Origin: Entomortierella parvispora E1425
Lineage: Eukaryota > Fungi > Mortierellomycota
Direction: 5' to 3'
Length of the DNA stretch: 64,000 nucleotides
Assembly: GCA_020891255.1 (NCBI GenBank)
Contig: BQFW01000015.1
Coordinates: 620,001 to 684,000 of the forward strand
Below, piece by piece: positions 48,001 through 61,750 of the stretch. The translations under genes were made by a program, and so were the position numbers. The notes under the pieces were generated by a model, which did no database searches, was not told the DNA's origin, and saw only the letters and a program-made list of their open reading frames with translations. Numbering within the stretch: position 1 is the first letter of the stretch; every line of letters starts with the position of its first letter.

Positions 48001-50620
48001 CCATCTCGACTCCGGCAAAAGTCAACTTGATGAAGACACTATGGTGCATCAGGCAGCTGAATGTGGCGGTACCTGCGGTCATTTTGGATTCAATCCTATT
48101 GCCCTTTAATATCGCAGAGAAACCACCATCTCTGATTCCTCCTCACGAGCAGCTGCAGCGCCACGAAGACCGTCATGTACAGCAGCAGGATACTGGATAT
48201 GTCAGAAGTAGGCTACCGTTGTGCACATTGACAAATTCGTCTGTATATTTTCTCGCAGCCTGCCAACATCTTTTTTATATTCTGGGGGGATTTTTCACTT
48301 TCATACTTTAGCATCGAAAGAGACGGCAACACTACCACCTCTCACAACAGCTCATATGTCTGTAAACCTCCAAGCTGTTTCCACCAACACAAAGTCATAT
48401 TTGGCTTCTACAGCTCGCAGTCGAAGAGAAGCCTCTCAGGCTTCAGAGAACAGTTCGTCTGCAGCTTCAACGCGCGAAGGCTCCCATCCCACCATTTTTG
48501 AAATGGATGAGACAGATATGGACCAGAGCAGTTACTCCCATAGAATACCAACATCTTCACCTCAGCCGTCACCCGCCCTTCCCGCAAGCGCTGCTCAGGA
48601 TGGTGCGGCAGCGTCATTGTTGGCTCTTTCGTTGGAATCACCTACAGGTCCAGCTCACAGAGTTGCGGCCACAACTCCCTTTCAGTCTGCTTATGTGATA
48701 CCGACAGGAAAGCTGACTTTGAATCATCGAGCTTCCAATGACGTAGAATCCTTCCGGTCAGAAGCTGCAACAGGATGGGAGGCTCTAACAGCTTCTGTAA
48801 CCCGCGCTGTTCCCGTGACGGCGGCCGGATTTTCTAGACCCACTTCACCATCCGACAGGAAATTACCGACGACCTCCAGCCAGCATTCGCACCCTCCAGA
48901 TTACTATGCATATAATATTGGTCCCCAGCATTCCCAGCAACACCATACGTTGCATCACCCACACCCGTATTCCCACAATGCAGTGGCGAATGACCCTTTT
49001 GAAAACGAGCGCCTCCAAAGCCGATATGCGGTATCCGTTGGATCTCCTGGGCGTGTCTTCTCACCTCGCTTTGATCAAGATGGTTTGCCACACTCCAAAG
49101 ACCCTGAGGACCACGCTCCACCACCTGTTACATTTATTCAAGGATCATCGAAGACAGGACCTTCTGTTCCACCCGCGCCATTATCTCCACATTCACCACG
49201 GCCTGGACGAATGTTTAGGTCTCAGTCGTCATCCTCCTCACCAGCGGCAGGGACTGTCTCTTTCGGGAATATCATTGGTGGTAGACGGTCATCGTCAGGT
49301 GCAACACCAGTCTGGCGTGGATCTCCTGCCCCGGCCACCAGCGCCTCCGACAGCACTTCATCGTCGCCCAGAATCAGTGTAAATCGGACTCCGACCTTGA
49401 CAACTAGCTCTTTACTAGGTCGAAAACGGCCATCAGTTTCAATGTACGAGTGTAGCGACTCTCCTGAATCAGATAGGAGCGCCACCGCAAGCTTTCACAC
49501 AGGACTTGGGACAGCACGCGAAGAGGTCATTTCATCGCCGCCACCACCAACATCTAGGCTCACCCAAAGTTCACTCGCAGAAGGACCACGTCCTTCGTAT
49601 GAAAGTTATTTGGCAGCCTTTTCAGGGTCAGGACCTCAACACTATGTCAGTCATCCACACGACTTGTCTCACCACCACCACGACCAAGCTGACCGGCACC
49701 AGCATCTGCGCCAGTATCCCTATGATAGCACTATTCTTACAGGGACTCATGAAGAATTAAGTCGTAGTCTCAGCCCTTTAGTCAGGCGAGAGAGTTCTAG
49801 CACCATTTCGTACTTGGAACAACAGCATATTGGACTGGCCTCCTTTAGGACCGCTCAAAACCGCATGCCTCTCGTCCAGGACACCGCGAGCAGAGCACAT
49901 GCCTTTGCACCGCCAACAGGACGACATCGTCATGGCTCCTATGACCCTGATAGGATCTTGACTGAGGGACACATTCCTCTTTCCCCCTTCCGTAGAATAT
50001 CCCCCTCAGCCATAGATCATTCGTCAGCGAGCAGTGCCAGCTACATCAGAGCGACCACTGTGGCTGCCTCCGCATTGGACTCAATGTACTCGGACTTGAC
50101 GCCGCCTCCTCTTCAGCCAACTGTCATCAGTAGTGTCAGCGATTCGATTACTGAGGACGGTCCAGGAATTGAAAGTCATCGCCCTAGTGAGCCTTCAAGT
50201 CAATCCCGGTCAACTCTACGCCAGATTCATGCATTCTTTCACCATCAACAACTTCTCCAGCTACAACAGCAACAGCAATATGAAGCCTACCAACTGATCA
50301 TCCGACAACAGCTGCAGAGAGAGGATGATATGGTGATGGATCGGATAGCGGAATGGAAACAGGGAGATGGAGATGCTCAAGGCTCTATAAATAACAGACC
50401 GATAGCCGAGCCGTCAGTACATGTGCCATCAGTCCAAACAGGGCACTCTACACCGGATCAATCCAAATTAGAAACCACATCTGATCCAACAGCTGGCAAT
50501 TTAGAGAGAGAGGGAAGGGATGCGGCATCAACGGAGGCCGCAAGAGCCTTGGAAGCTGCAAGGGCTCAAGAGCTTTCGGATGATCGACTACGAGATCCGA
50601 TTCGGAGGCGATATCAATAG
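45051..50620 (+). CDS. Zn(II)2Cys6 transcription factor with fungal-specific TF domain and long low-complexity C-terminus; internal exon boundaries uncertain
   Basis: CSNCRTQKIKCNGLEPCSRCRAFGLQC (CX2CX6CX5CX2CX6C); middle-homology-like segment (LVELYIRYMHPVHRFV, LLTIQTYLIM); poly-Ser and S/P/H/Q-rich 800-aa ORF. That all pieces form one gene is inferred. Confidence 0.78.
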
Positions 50621-50665
50621 TCCAACCTTGTACATAGACTTATATATATTATAAAAAAATGCTAT

Positions 50666-53600
50666 TTAATCTAGAGGATAAAATACGCGAGGGAGGCGCT
50701 GCCCTCGCTGCCCCTCGTCGAAAGTATCATCGTCTGTATCCGTGTTATGGCGCCGCAGTAGTAGATTGCTTTCCGATACTGCACCAGAGTCCGATTTACC
50801 TCCTTCAGCAGTTTTTGCTCCTATTGTTGTCGGAGCAGGGGCGGAAGCTGCATCAGGTTGCGGCTGCTTTGATGTAGAAGACTGAAGAATGAAGGCTTTG
50901 GACATCTTCTCGAGATAGCCCGAGGTCTTGTTCTTCAAGGATTTCTCTAGATCAGGCGTAGTCACATCTGTGCTCTCTTTGGAACCCTCAGGAATAGTAC
51001 TAGGAATGTTGGTCCGTGTCGCCTCCTTATTAGCTTCACGTTTCTGCTCTACTACGGTTTTGGACCATTTGTCTATGAAAAAAGTCCAATGAACACACTG
51101 ATCAACGACCAAGAACACAACTAGGGCGTTAATAGGGCGAACCAGTGACCCAACTTACCCGGCACGGCAATGAAGTACTGCTCCATGGCTTGCTGAAATC
51201 TGGTCATATATTGCTGTGGCGGTAGAACTGTGACATTATCCTTGGCACCTCGAAGTGTTGTTTTGCCTTTGGACTCAATACGCTTGTACCAGGTGTAGGC
51301 GCCAATAAAATCTGCAATACCAGACTGGTGGTCAGTACGAGACCCAAAAAAAAAAAACAAGTAGAAGCTGCATATGAGGTATCGTTGTTATTACAAAGTG
51401 ACATACCCACAATACCGACAACTAGCTCCTTGCGTTCATCGTCGACTCCAACGAGCAGCGAATAGTCCATGATATTAGCCCCGGATAAAAACTCTGTATC
51501 GTTCAAAAGTGATTCCCGAATAATCTTCTTTGAATGTGAATGGATCAGCAACAGAGCTTTGTATCGCCCTTCAATAAAGTCGCCGTCCCATAACGTGGTC
51601 GATCCGCTGCCACCATTATTCCCCTTCGCTCTGTTGTTCGTGCTGACTTTTGATCCTGCATGCCTATCCTGGATCCCCTTCAAGTCGAATGTCTAATCAT
51701 AGAAAGATGAAAGGGATCAAATTCCACAAGATTCCCGTACTGAAAATTAGACAACAAAAGCCGGGATATATATATAGACTATATATATATATATAAAGGT
51801 GAATAACTTACCCTTGTGATCTTTTGATTGTAAAATAGATGCTCCATTACGAGGACATCAATCTTCAATATCTGACCTGTAGACCCGTTCTTGATCTTAA
51901 ATGTGTAAAATCCAAAGATTTTTGCCAGAACCGTTGGTGCGGCGTGGGAACGCTCCATGTATTCAAAATATTTCGGTGCGAACTTTAAAAGCTCGTCCTT
52001 TTCTGCGATATTCCAGCTTGATACCATTTGCTTTACCACAAATCGGTCGTCTACAATACATTGAGTAAGGAGGAAATAGTTACAACATTAAATGCCCAGC
52101 AGAGTAAGCAGTATAGATACATTTGTAGTACTGGCGCTAACATCTGATGTTCTTACCTCTCGTTTTGTAAAAACTGCTTTTGCTCTTTCCTCCATTTGCA
52201 TTCCAACTCTTGCATCTCGACAGAGAGCGGACATAATTCTGGTGGATTCCACATCGCCGTCGAAGGGTATCAAATTCAGCGGCATAGTAAACAGTGCAGG
52301 AGAACGATGTATTTCCATGCGAGAAACCTATTCGATGCCGGTTGATTAATCAATCGTAAACTTCAGACGGGCGTAATAATAATAATAAAAAAAACGTACG
52401 TGCTTTCATATGCGGACTTCTCGACATAGATTCATTCTCCAGCGCAAGAGTTTCTCGCATAGTATGTTCTTGGCCTTCCGTCTTGAAGAATTCCTTGTCC
52501 GCCTTTTCGATATTGGCGCTAGAAGCTCCATAACTCGAAAAACCACTGCCGATCTTTTCCGAGAGCGCATTCAGACTTAGACCTTTCATAGTGCCGCTGA
52601 GACCTGAGGTGAGAGCATTGTAACCAAAAGAGTGTTTCGATGGTTTGCCTCCAGGTGTTGGCGTAGTGGACCGACTATCGGGAGGCGGGGCCAAAAAGAA
52701 GGAATTTGTGACCATCGACTCGGATGGAGTTGAAAGAGGAGAAGCTACAAGAGCTGGCGTTGAGCTTGGGAACGCCATCATGCTCATAGGTCGAGACGCC
52801 TCTGGAAAAGCGTGGTTGCTTTTGTGTCTGTCCGCTGCAGCGCCGATCATACTGCTGAGCGTCGTATTTTTGGAGTGGCGGCTCGAACCAAAATGAAGTC
52901 CAATCGTGCTTCTCGTGGATAATGTCCCGCCCGGGAGTAGACTGGAAAAGTCAACCTTTGACTCTTCTAGAAACTTGACTGACGTTTGATAACCGTCGAC
53001 GACTAAAAACGAATCATCGTCGTCCTCGGCCCCGTCTTCATTATCGCTCACGCCACGGACTTTACCAGGGGGTGATCCATCCGCGCTCCCAGTAACGGTA
53101 GCACTCCCCTCGCTTCCCCTACTACTACTTTTGCGTCTCGCCAATGTCACACTGCTAGCAGAGCGAGATGTCCTTAGTGGAGGTACGACTCCGATGGTGG
53201 AGTCGCTATGAGGAATATCCTTTTGAGGAGGTTGAGGCGGCTTTTCATTTGCTTCTGACTGACACTCGTCAGAAGATAATATGGAAGAGAGCAAGCACAG
53301 GTAATCTGTAGAACTGGTAGTAAAGGCGGGATTATTAGTATGCCGTGATAACCAGAACTGCACCCTATATCAGTTTCATATCTATGTGCCGTAGACTTGC
53401 CTCAGAGCACATGCAATGATGGAACTTGGCTCGTCCTCCCTCACAATGACACATGAGCCAGGGAAGGTATGGAGTGTTTCAGACCTATGAATAATGTTGA
53501 GGAGTAGAAGAGTATGTGCGCCAGATAAGTGTCATTGCCTCTATATATCCATGGCAGGCTACTAACTCTGTTTGATTGGCTTACTTGGCATATTCTGGTA

Positions 53601-56527
53601 GAGCCCATGCGACTCCGTTCTTGCTCGTGCCAGCCTGTAGTGCTTGAGGCCAGTGTTCCTTTTGCCACATCTCCATTGACCGCATTGTTCGTTTTATATA
53701 CTCCCGAAGGCGATTACGGATATCATTCAGCCGAGATATTGGGTGCTGTTTCAGCTGGTCGTAAAGACTGAACTCGTCTTCTTTCCATCGGTCACCAAGT
53801 TCATCCAGGCGATCTAACGCAGCTTTGGCTGCAGGATCTTGGACGGTTACTGTGGGTTGAACTTGAGGATTTTTGGAGATTGATTGCTTTGAGCTCGATC
53901 GTGTTTCTCCTAGCAATTCTTCCATGGAGACAATAATCTTTTTGCAGGACTCGTAAAAGTGCATGATCTCAAGTCTTGTCTTGTTAACTAATCTGGATCG
54001 ATCAGTCTCGGTGATATAGTCGCTGTTCTGGCAAACAGAGATGTCGATAGCTGACATTAACAGCTGAGGTGTAGAGCCCATGGTAGATGCAGCGTACTCG
54101 TGGTCTTCATCGTCCATAGGACCAGAGATAAATTTGGGCATGGCCGGGAAGTCCTCGTGGACCTGGAGTCGAGATATCCGCATCTCAAACAAATCTATGC
54201 TTTCGTATTCAAAAGTGACCACCAGGCCTCCATATAAAAAGCAGCGTGCAATTGTGTCCTTTGATTTTGTGTGCTCGCAGAGTGGTCGCTGGCCGGGCTC
54301 GAAATTTTGTCCATACAATAACAGTTCGAGATATTTACCGAATGAGTATAGTCGTGATGCTTTTGATAACACTCTGGGTTTCGTGCGCGACCTGCACATT
54401 TTGCATCGAGTCCATGCTCCAATCTTCCTGTTACTCGCTAAAAATGGCGTAAACTCTTCTGATGCAAAATCCGTGGTTGAGTCAGGGCGTGGTTGCTCCA
54501 CTGTGATATTGATTCGGGCTTCTCCATGCGTGTATGTCGAAATGTGCTCCAGTCGCTTATGGCCGCACGTCTTGTCGGAGCATCCCGCATTGGCTCCTCT
54601 GCAAATAAACTCTATCATTTCTCCCAAACCCATGTCCTCATACTGCCCTTCCTTTCGATAGTACTCGACTGTGATCATGTCTGGCGGGTTGCATGGCGCA
54701 GCAGCAGTCGCAGACCAGTAACGCGAGTACGAGAATGATATAGATTGATGGTTGAAAATTCCCTGCACTGCATTACTGTTCGTCATGAGATGGTCGAGTC
54801 CCGCCCTGGAGTCAATAGGAAGTCTGTTCACTTTTCCGAAGCCTCTCCCATTCTGGGTCACCACCGACGTCCCAAATCGAGATTGGAGAGCACCTGCTGT
54901 ACCGGACCTGGTCATACGATTTCCAAACCCAATTTTCTTTGCCACAAATTCAACGTCTTCCCAGGTATATGATTTTCGCCTGGCATCCGTTCCGAGAACT
55001 TCTTCCTCGCGCAATCTCAACAAAAGATGAGGTGGAGGGAAATGAATATCGGGCGAAACCGAGATGATGGCCTTTTCGATTTGCTGAATCATTTTGCCGA
55101 ATCTAGATCCCTGGATGTTGTGCAAATCTTCGCCAATTCCAAGGTCCTCGGCAATGCTGGAGGCAACAGTGCTTTGACCAGACCCATTCTCGGCTCGAGC
55201 ATGCTCTGGTTTTTGATCTGCATCCTGTACAAGCTGTGTGGTGCCCTTCTTGTATTTCGCTGGTACGGTACCTCTTGTCAGCCAGCCAAAGAACATGGAT
55301 CCTTTCGAGGCTCTTTTTGAGTTGTCCAAGGCGGTGCTGCGTGCTTGTGGCTGAGGTAGAATCGCAACTGGAGGCTTCGCAATTCTGAATTCTGATTCTG
55401 CCCCTGTTTGGATGACAAGTATAGGCTCTGACCGGACGACATCGTGATCCCGCATTAGGTACGCCTCAAGTTGCAGTGAACAGAGCGCAAAGACTATAAT
55501 TTCAAGAATTTTTTCAGCCTTTGGAAGATCCTCAGCGCCTCCAACGAGAGATATTGTTCCTCCCAAAGGAATCTTGATACGATTTTCCTTTGGCGCAGCT
55601 GTAGAAACACGCGAGGAGATGATCTCAGTAAAATTGACACCCCTTGAGTATACAGCACACGTCTTGCTACAGTAACTCCTTACCTCGACGGCGTTCATTG
55701 TAGGAACGCTCTTCTCTGAGGATGGACTCGCCTTCAAATTTGCCTTCTGTAAAAGAGCACTCCTGCGAGGATCCAACAAGTTTGCGAAGAAGGATGTTGT
55801 ACGTGAAAACAGGTTTACTGTTGAGCGTTCCTTTTGCCTGTTCCTCGGTGGGGTCTGTGTTCTTTCCCAACTTTTCCCGTTTGCTGACCGGACCAGGAGC
55901 GCCTGACTCCTTCTTTTCATTATTTCCCCTGTGTTCACCATCGCTTGCAGCCTCGTACGACGCTTCAATCTGTTGCCATGCATCTGATACATTTGCCGCC
56001 AGTTTCTGGATCATCTCCATAAACAGTCGTAACCAAAGTAATTCTGGCTCCAGACAGGAGCTCGCAATAGACTGTCGGGCTATGGCGCGAAGATGCTGGA
56101 TGGATCTTTGATCCAACGGTACGTAATGCGGGTTGTGCTTTACTTCTGGACGAGGCTCAAATCCGGGCACAACTGTCGCTGGAGCTGTTGTTCCAGAGGT
56201 GAATGCAGGCAGGGGGGAACGTGGTCTTGATGGTGGATACTGTCCAGGTATCATCGCAGTCGAAGATGATGCGGCAAGCACGTTGCTGCAACTGCTGTTC
56301 CGACTCGAGCTCAAGTCGACATGAGGTTGTGGCTGTAGTTGGGAAGCAGAGGATGAAGTTGTCAAAGCAGCCAAAGGCAACTCCAACTTTCGCTTGAGAT
56401 TAGAGACTGTAGAGAAGATATGGGACCTTCGGTCACCCCGCTCGGGCCTGTCGTGCTTTTCATCCTTGTCGCCTTTCTCGCTAATGGGGGCAGGGGGAAT
56501 GGGTGGCAATGGCTTTGATGCGACCAT
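50666..56527 (-). CDS. FAB1/PIKfyve-like phosphatidylinositol 3-phosphate 5-kinase (no FYVE domain seen), multi-exon
   Basis: Cys-rich conserved region (LGEMIE, C..C...H..TYTHG.ARI, SFGKYLELL, CEH), PIPK domain (ELLKFAPKYFEYM, LAKIFGFY, FDLKG, IMDYSLLVG, VVGIVDFIGAYTW, RFQQAMEQYF). Confidence 0.9.
51766..51795. repeat. Interrupted (TA)n microsatellite in an intron of the FAB1-like gene
   Basis: ATATATATATAGACTATATATATATATATA. Confidence 0.85.
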
Positions 56528-57615
56528 GACCACAGTGGGCTCGAATGGCAGTCTGCTGCCGTTGGTTGAATGCTTTGAACGGCGTCTGTAAGGGTGCGTC
56601 TTGGCCTATTAGGAGACGGAACTAGAGAGGGAAAGGTGAATGCAGGAAGCGGGAAAAAAAACCGGATGAGGAAGAGGAGTTGAACAAAGTGGCACGGGGA
56701 CATGCATGCATGGAACGAAGGTAGGACGGATGCGACACACTGTCTGGTCGACCTCCTCCCCTCCTCTGGAGGACTGAATCACTTTGCTCTCATCTGTGCC
56801 GCCCCTGTCTGCCGTCTGTCTGACTGTCATTGCTCATCCCTTTGAGTTGAGAAATCACTTGCTGCGTGATCACATCACATGCGCAAAAAAAGGGGGGCCA
56901 CCAGTGAAATCTGACTCTCATCTTGGCTCATCGTCGACCCCCCCCCCCCCCCAAGCCTTGCAACGTTCTTTAAGCGGCCTTTAGGACGCGGGTGCCTGCG
57001 GAGAGGGTTCAAGGGCGCGTTCCCCGCAAAGGCTCCGCCCTTGGCCGACGCGTCAGGACGCGTCCTAGGCACCTTGAATGCTTCCACGGCATTTGGTGAG
57101 AAGGAGACGAGTTAAAGAGACCCCGGTCACTGTGTCCACTGTCAACAAAGTCTCATGGGAAAAAGGTGAGGGACCATGTTCTCCTGTCGCGCTGCTTCAA
57201 TCCAGCACCCCGTCAGTCCGCTCGTCTGTGGCGGGCACCTTGACATTGATACAAAGTGGCCACAACAGCTGAGAGCACTCGTTTCCGCTGGTGCTTGCCA
57301 ACCTCTATTGCACCTCTGTGGGACGTTGGGCCATGCTGTGTCCAATTGGTGTCCGTTCATGCATCGAAAGGAGCGATTGACAATCTACACTCAGGCACAG
57401 GAGCGCCCGCTGGGACATGATGGCAAAAAGGTAGCGTTGCTCTTCGGAAGAACCAATATTTCTTTCGCTTGCAAGTTAAAACACCATTGCCTCGTCGCTC
57501 CATTCAGTGCGTTTCTCGTCATTCCTTTTCAATCACCTTGCCGCCTGCCCATTTGTCCATCCTCCGTCTCATTCATCCTCTTCGCCCTCTTCACCTTTAC
57601 CTACTTCACTTCACC

Positions 57616-59684
57616 ATGGCCAGCCACAGCGCCAGTACTAACACGCAAACCGACATGGTTCCTCCCTCAAAGGTCCTCATAGTTGGCGCTGGCATCGGGG
57701 GTCTCTTTCTTGCACTCCTCCTTGACAAAGCTGGTATCGATTACGAGATCTACGAAAGATCCCCTGAGTCCCAGACCCTCGGTAATAACAGAGGTCCTAG
57801 AGCTATAGAGTTTTTGTTCATCGACGTCGACCTAATCGTGATTACGGTTGGATAGGGTCTGTGTTGTCGCTGAACGTCAACATCTTGCCGGCATTCGAAC
57901 AAATTGGCCTCTACGAGGAGCTTTTGGCACTCTCTGCTCGAACAGATGCCCTCCGCTTCATGTACGACGACCTCAGAACTGTTGCATCCCTCTCCCTCGA
58001 GAACCTCAAAGAAGAGTAAGTTTATAGTCTTCGTCCTTACTTTGAACCTTTCCTCAACCTCCTCTTCCTTTCTTCCATCCCAGAATTAATGTTAATTGTG
58101 TACTGCTATTTTTTAGGGTTGGGTACGACTGTCTTTTGTTATCTCGATCTATGCTTTACCAATTGCTCAAGTCCAAGGTGCCAACCGGAAAGATTCACTT
58201 CGGCAAAAAGGTCGTGTCCTCTGAGCAAAACAATGAAGAGGTGACCATCATGTGCGAAGATGGAACCAGGTACTGTGGTTCAATCCTTGTGGGGGCGGAC
58301 GGCATTAACAGTGGTGTCCGAAAGCAGATGTATTCTCAGTTGAAGAAAGAAAACAAACTACCCTCAACTGATTCGGAAGAGCAAGATAAAGGCTACGTCT
58401 GCCTCATGGGCACCACAAGTCCCTTGGATGCCGAAGAATATCCTTTCGTGGAGAGCAAAAATGCGGTCTACAACCACATCGTTGGCGGTGGCTCAAACTT
58501 CAGTGTATGTTTGGTTTCTATGCAATGATCACTCCTCATCAAGTCAGCTTACAAACAAGCAACGCTTTGCCTTCCACAGTGGTCCGAATTCAATGTTGGT
58601 GAGAAACGAGTTTGCTGGATTGTTGTTCTCCAGCAGACTTCTTTGTCACCAGCGGAGGCGAAAAGACTCCGCAATTCAGAATGGTCTACCAATGTAAGCG
58701 AAGAGACCCTCGACGTGATTAAGAACTTGAGGGTGCCGGGGGGCCGCTCCATTGGAGATTTGGTCGTGTCGACGCCCGATGGTGAAGTCTGTCGAGTCTT
58801 CCTTGAAGACCAGGTATACGAGACTTGGTATCATGGACGGACAGTACTCATTGGCGATGGTATGTAACGTGCAACTGTGCCAAAACAGCATTTTTCCGTT
58901 GCTGGCGAAAGAGCAAAGTCTGACTCCAAAAAATTCAACCTTGCCCACTTTCACTATCGCACTTGTGCCCTCTTTTTTGTGCCTCTTCTTCTGTCCCAGC
59001 TGCACACAAGGTATGAGCCCAACTTCTAGTCAAAAAGAGACAACTTTTTGATTGTGCAAAGTATTCATCCCACAAAACGACAATTGGCTCAACAACCCTT
59101 TGCGTCTGTACTTGTGTTCCCCTCATCTTAGCTTCTTTCCAGCGCTGGGCAAGGTGCAGTCACTGCCCTGCAAGATGCGCTAATCTTGGCGAACTGTCTC
59201 TACGATCTGTCTTCTCAGTCGCCAGAGTCCATTCAAAATGCCTTCCAAAGCTACAAGACTCAGAGAATTCCTCATGTAAAGGAGGAGGGTGCTGCCAACA
59301 GAACGAACGCTCTTTTTTTGCACGGACAGGTAGGATGAACAACATATAAGACAGTGGAATGTTCAAGACACTATCAAGCGATTAACAAAATTATGATGGC
59401 AACCAACACTGCAGACTCTCTGGGAACGCACCGTTCGTTATCTCGCCATCCATTTGGTGCCTCAGTCTGTTAAGCACAGCTTTATTCTGAAAGGGGCTTC
59501 CTATCGCCCGCAGATTGCCTTCCTTCCCCAGACCCCCAAGAGAGGGAGTGGCCATGTACTCCCGCAGCAACCGTCCAAGCGTTACGAAGCTCAGCAGCAG
59601 AAAACGAAGTACAGCGATGCCGCTATCGCCGCCACCATTGCGCCAGAGGCGGAACATGCTCCAACCGTAACGGCCGTTGTCTGA
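57616..59684 (+). CDS. FAD-dependent monooxygenase, paralog of the gene at 21858, multi-exon
   Basis: KVLIVGAGIGGL, ILVGADG, GRTVLIGD, GAVTALQDA, C-terminal RPQIAFLP...RG. Confidence 0.9.
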
Positions 59685-59857
59685 GATAGCTCCCTCAATA
59701 AATCAAACGCCACCAAAAAAAGAAAAAAAGTGACACACGACTTTCAGTGAAGTTTGTGCAATACCGCGATGAAACAAGCCTGTCGAGTCAAACTTGAAAA
59801 AGTTTTTTTTTTCTGGTGTACCTTTCTCCTTTTACTCCTACGACTCACTCACGCGCA

Positions 59858-61750
59858 ATGTCAAAAGACAGTAACTTATCTGCCCCACAGCAGCATCTTC
59901 ACTCCGTCGATGACGAAAAATTGGATTACATTGAATCTCAGCCTCCAAGCGATACCGATGATATGGTAGATGAGCCAACCTACAAGGCCAGTAACCGTAA
60001 CAGTGTTGATGGCGGGATCAACGGCAATGGGGCTCCTTCGGTCGCATCATTGTGTCATGGCCGCTTCGCAGCATACCACAACAACAAGGTGAACCTTCAC
60101 CATCTCCTGGCTTTTCTCATTTGCACAGGGCTCTTTATCCCTGCTGTTGTGATTCATAAAGAAGGCAACGTCTTGGTCTTGTCTTTGCTCTACGCTGCCA
60201 TTGTTTGGTGGCTGGTTGTCCAACACTTACCCCAGGGCACTCTTAGCGGACCTGTTGGTGCAGTCTGGAATGGAGGAGCAAAGGCACTCGGTAGTTTGCC
60301 ACTATGGCTGCAGAGGGCCATTGGCTTTGGAATCCCACCTGTCGCCCTGATCTTGACTGCTGCGCTTAGACCCAACGATTCCCATGGAACCCGGGGGCAA
60401 AGACTGATCAGTTGCCTTGGGTTGGTTGTTCTTCTTTCTTTGACAGTCCTCTTCTCAAAGGTAACAGCACAACTTGGTGTAACGAAAAAGCCTTTGATGT
60501 ATATGTGCACGTTGGGGTCATGTCATGGTGGCCCTTAGTTTGCCCTCCAGATGCCCTAATTAGTGTCTTGAGTTTGTCCACCTTAGAATAGAAAAGCGAT
60601 CTCTTGGAAGATCGTCTGGACCGGAACATTCATGCAGTACATCCTCGGACTGCTCATTATCCGATGGTCTGTTGGTTACGATGTTTTCCAGTTCATTGCT
60701 CAACAAGCCGAGAACTTTTTGTCCTATGCAGCTCAAGGACGCGAGTTTATTTTCGGTCCAAACTCAGTCGATGTTGAGGGCAAAACATACGAGTTCTCAA
60801 GCTCGTTTGCAGTTTCGGTTTTGCCAGCCATCATTCTGTTTGCTGCCGTCATCCAGTGTCTTTATTTCTATAATATTGTTCAGTCAGTCGTCGCTGGCAT
60901 GGCCAAGTTGGTCATCCACATTATTGATATCTCGGGAGTAGAATGTGTTGCTGCGTGCGCAGCTCCGTTCGTAGGCATGTCAGAGGCCTCAATGTTGGTT
61001 GGCCCTTTTATTTCGGAAATGACGGAAGCTGAACTCCATCAAGTTCTTACTTCTGGATTTGCCACCATATCGGGATCCGTATTCTTAGGTCTATTGACCT
61101 TCGGGGCGGATGCTACAGCTCTATTGACCTGCTGTATGATGTCGGTTCCCTGTGCCATTGTGATCTCAAAGATTCGTTTTCCAGAGGAGGGGGTGCCGTT
61201 AACCAAGGGCACGGCGGTCTCGCCAGCATACAAAGATCGAGAATCGAACGCCATCCATGCTGTTTCTAACGGAGCCATCTTTGGCATCAAGCTTTGCATT
61301 GTCATCATCGCAGTGCTATTGGCTGTGATTTCTCTGCTGGGTCTGGCAAATGGGTTCCTTGGATGGATTTTCCATTTCTACGGAGTTGATATCTCGATCC
61401 AAAAGATTGCTTCTTGGGTTCTCTATCCTCTTGCCTGGTTGATAGGTATCCCAAGCAGTGATCTGATGCCCTGTGCGGAGGCAATGGGGATTAAGTTTAT
61501 TTTGAACGAGTTTGCAGCCTTCGCTTCGTTTACAAAGATCCAGGACACATTGCAGCCAAGGTCCAAGTTGCTCACGACTTATGCAATGGCTTCATTCGCC
61601 AATATTGGCTCGATCGGAACCCAGATCTCTCTGTTTCTGACCCTCGCCCCCGATCGTGCCGACGCTATTGCTCGCCTCTCCTTCTCTGCTTGCTTATCAG
61701 GCGCCGTCTCAACGTTGATCTCGGCTTGCATTGCTGGCATTGTCTCATAA
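59858..61750 (+). CDS. Concentrative nucleoside transporter (CNT/SLC28 family); one intron near 60461-60587
   Basis: QYILGLLIIRW, AAAPFVGMSEA, MTEAELHQVLTSGFATISGS, KFILNEF, FANIGSIG, SACIAGI. Confidence 0.92.
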
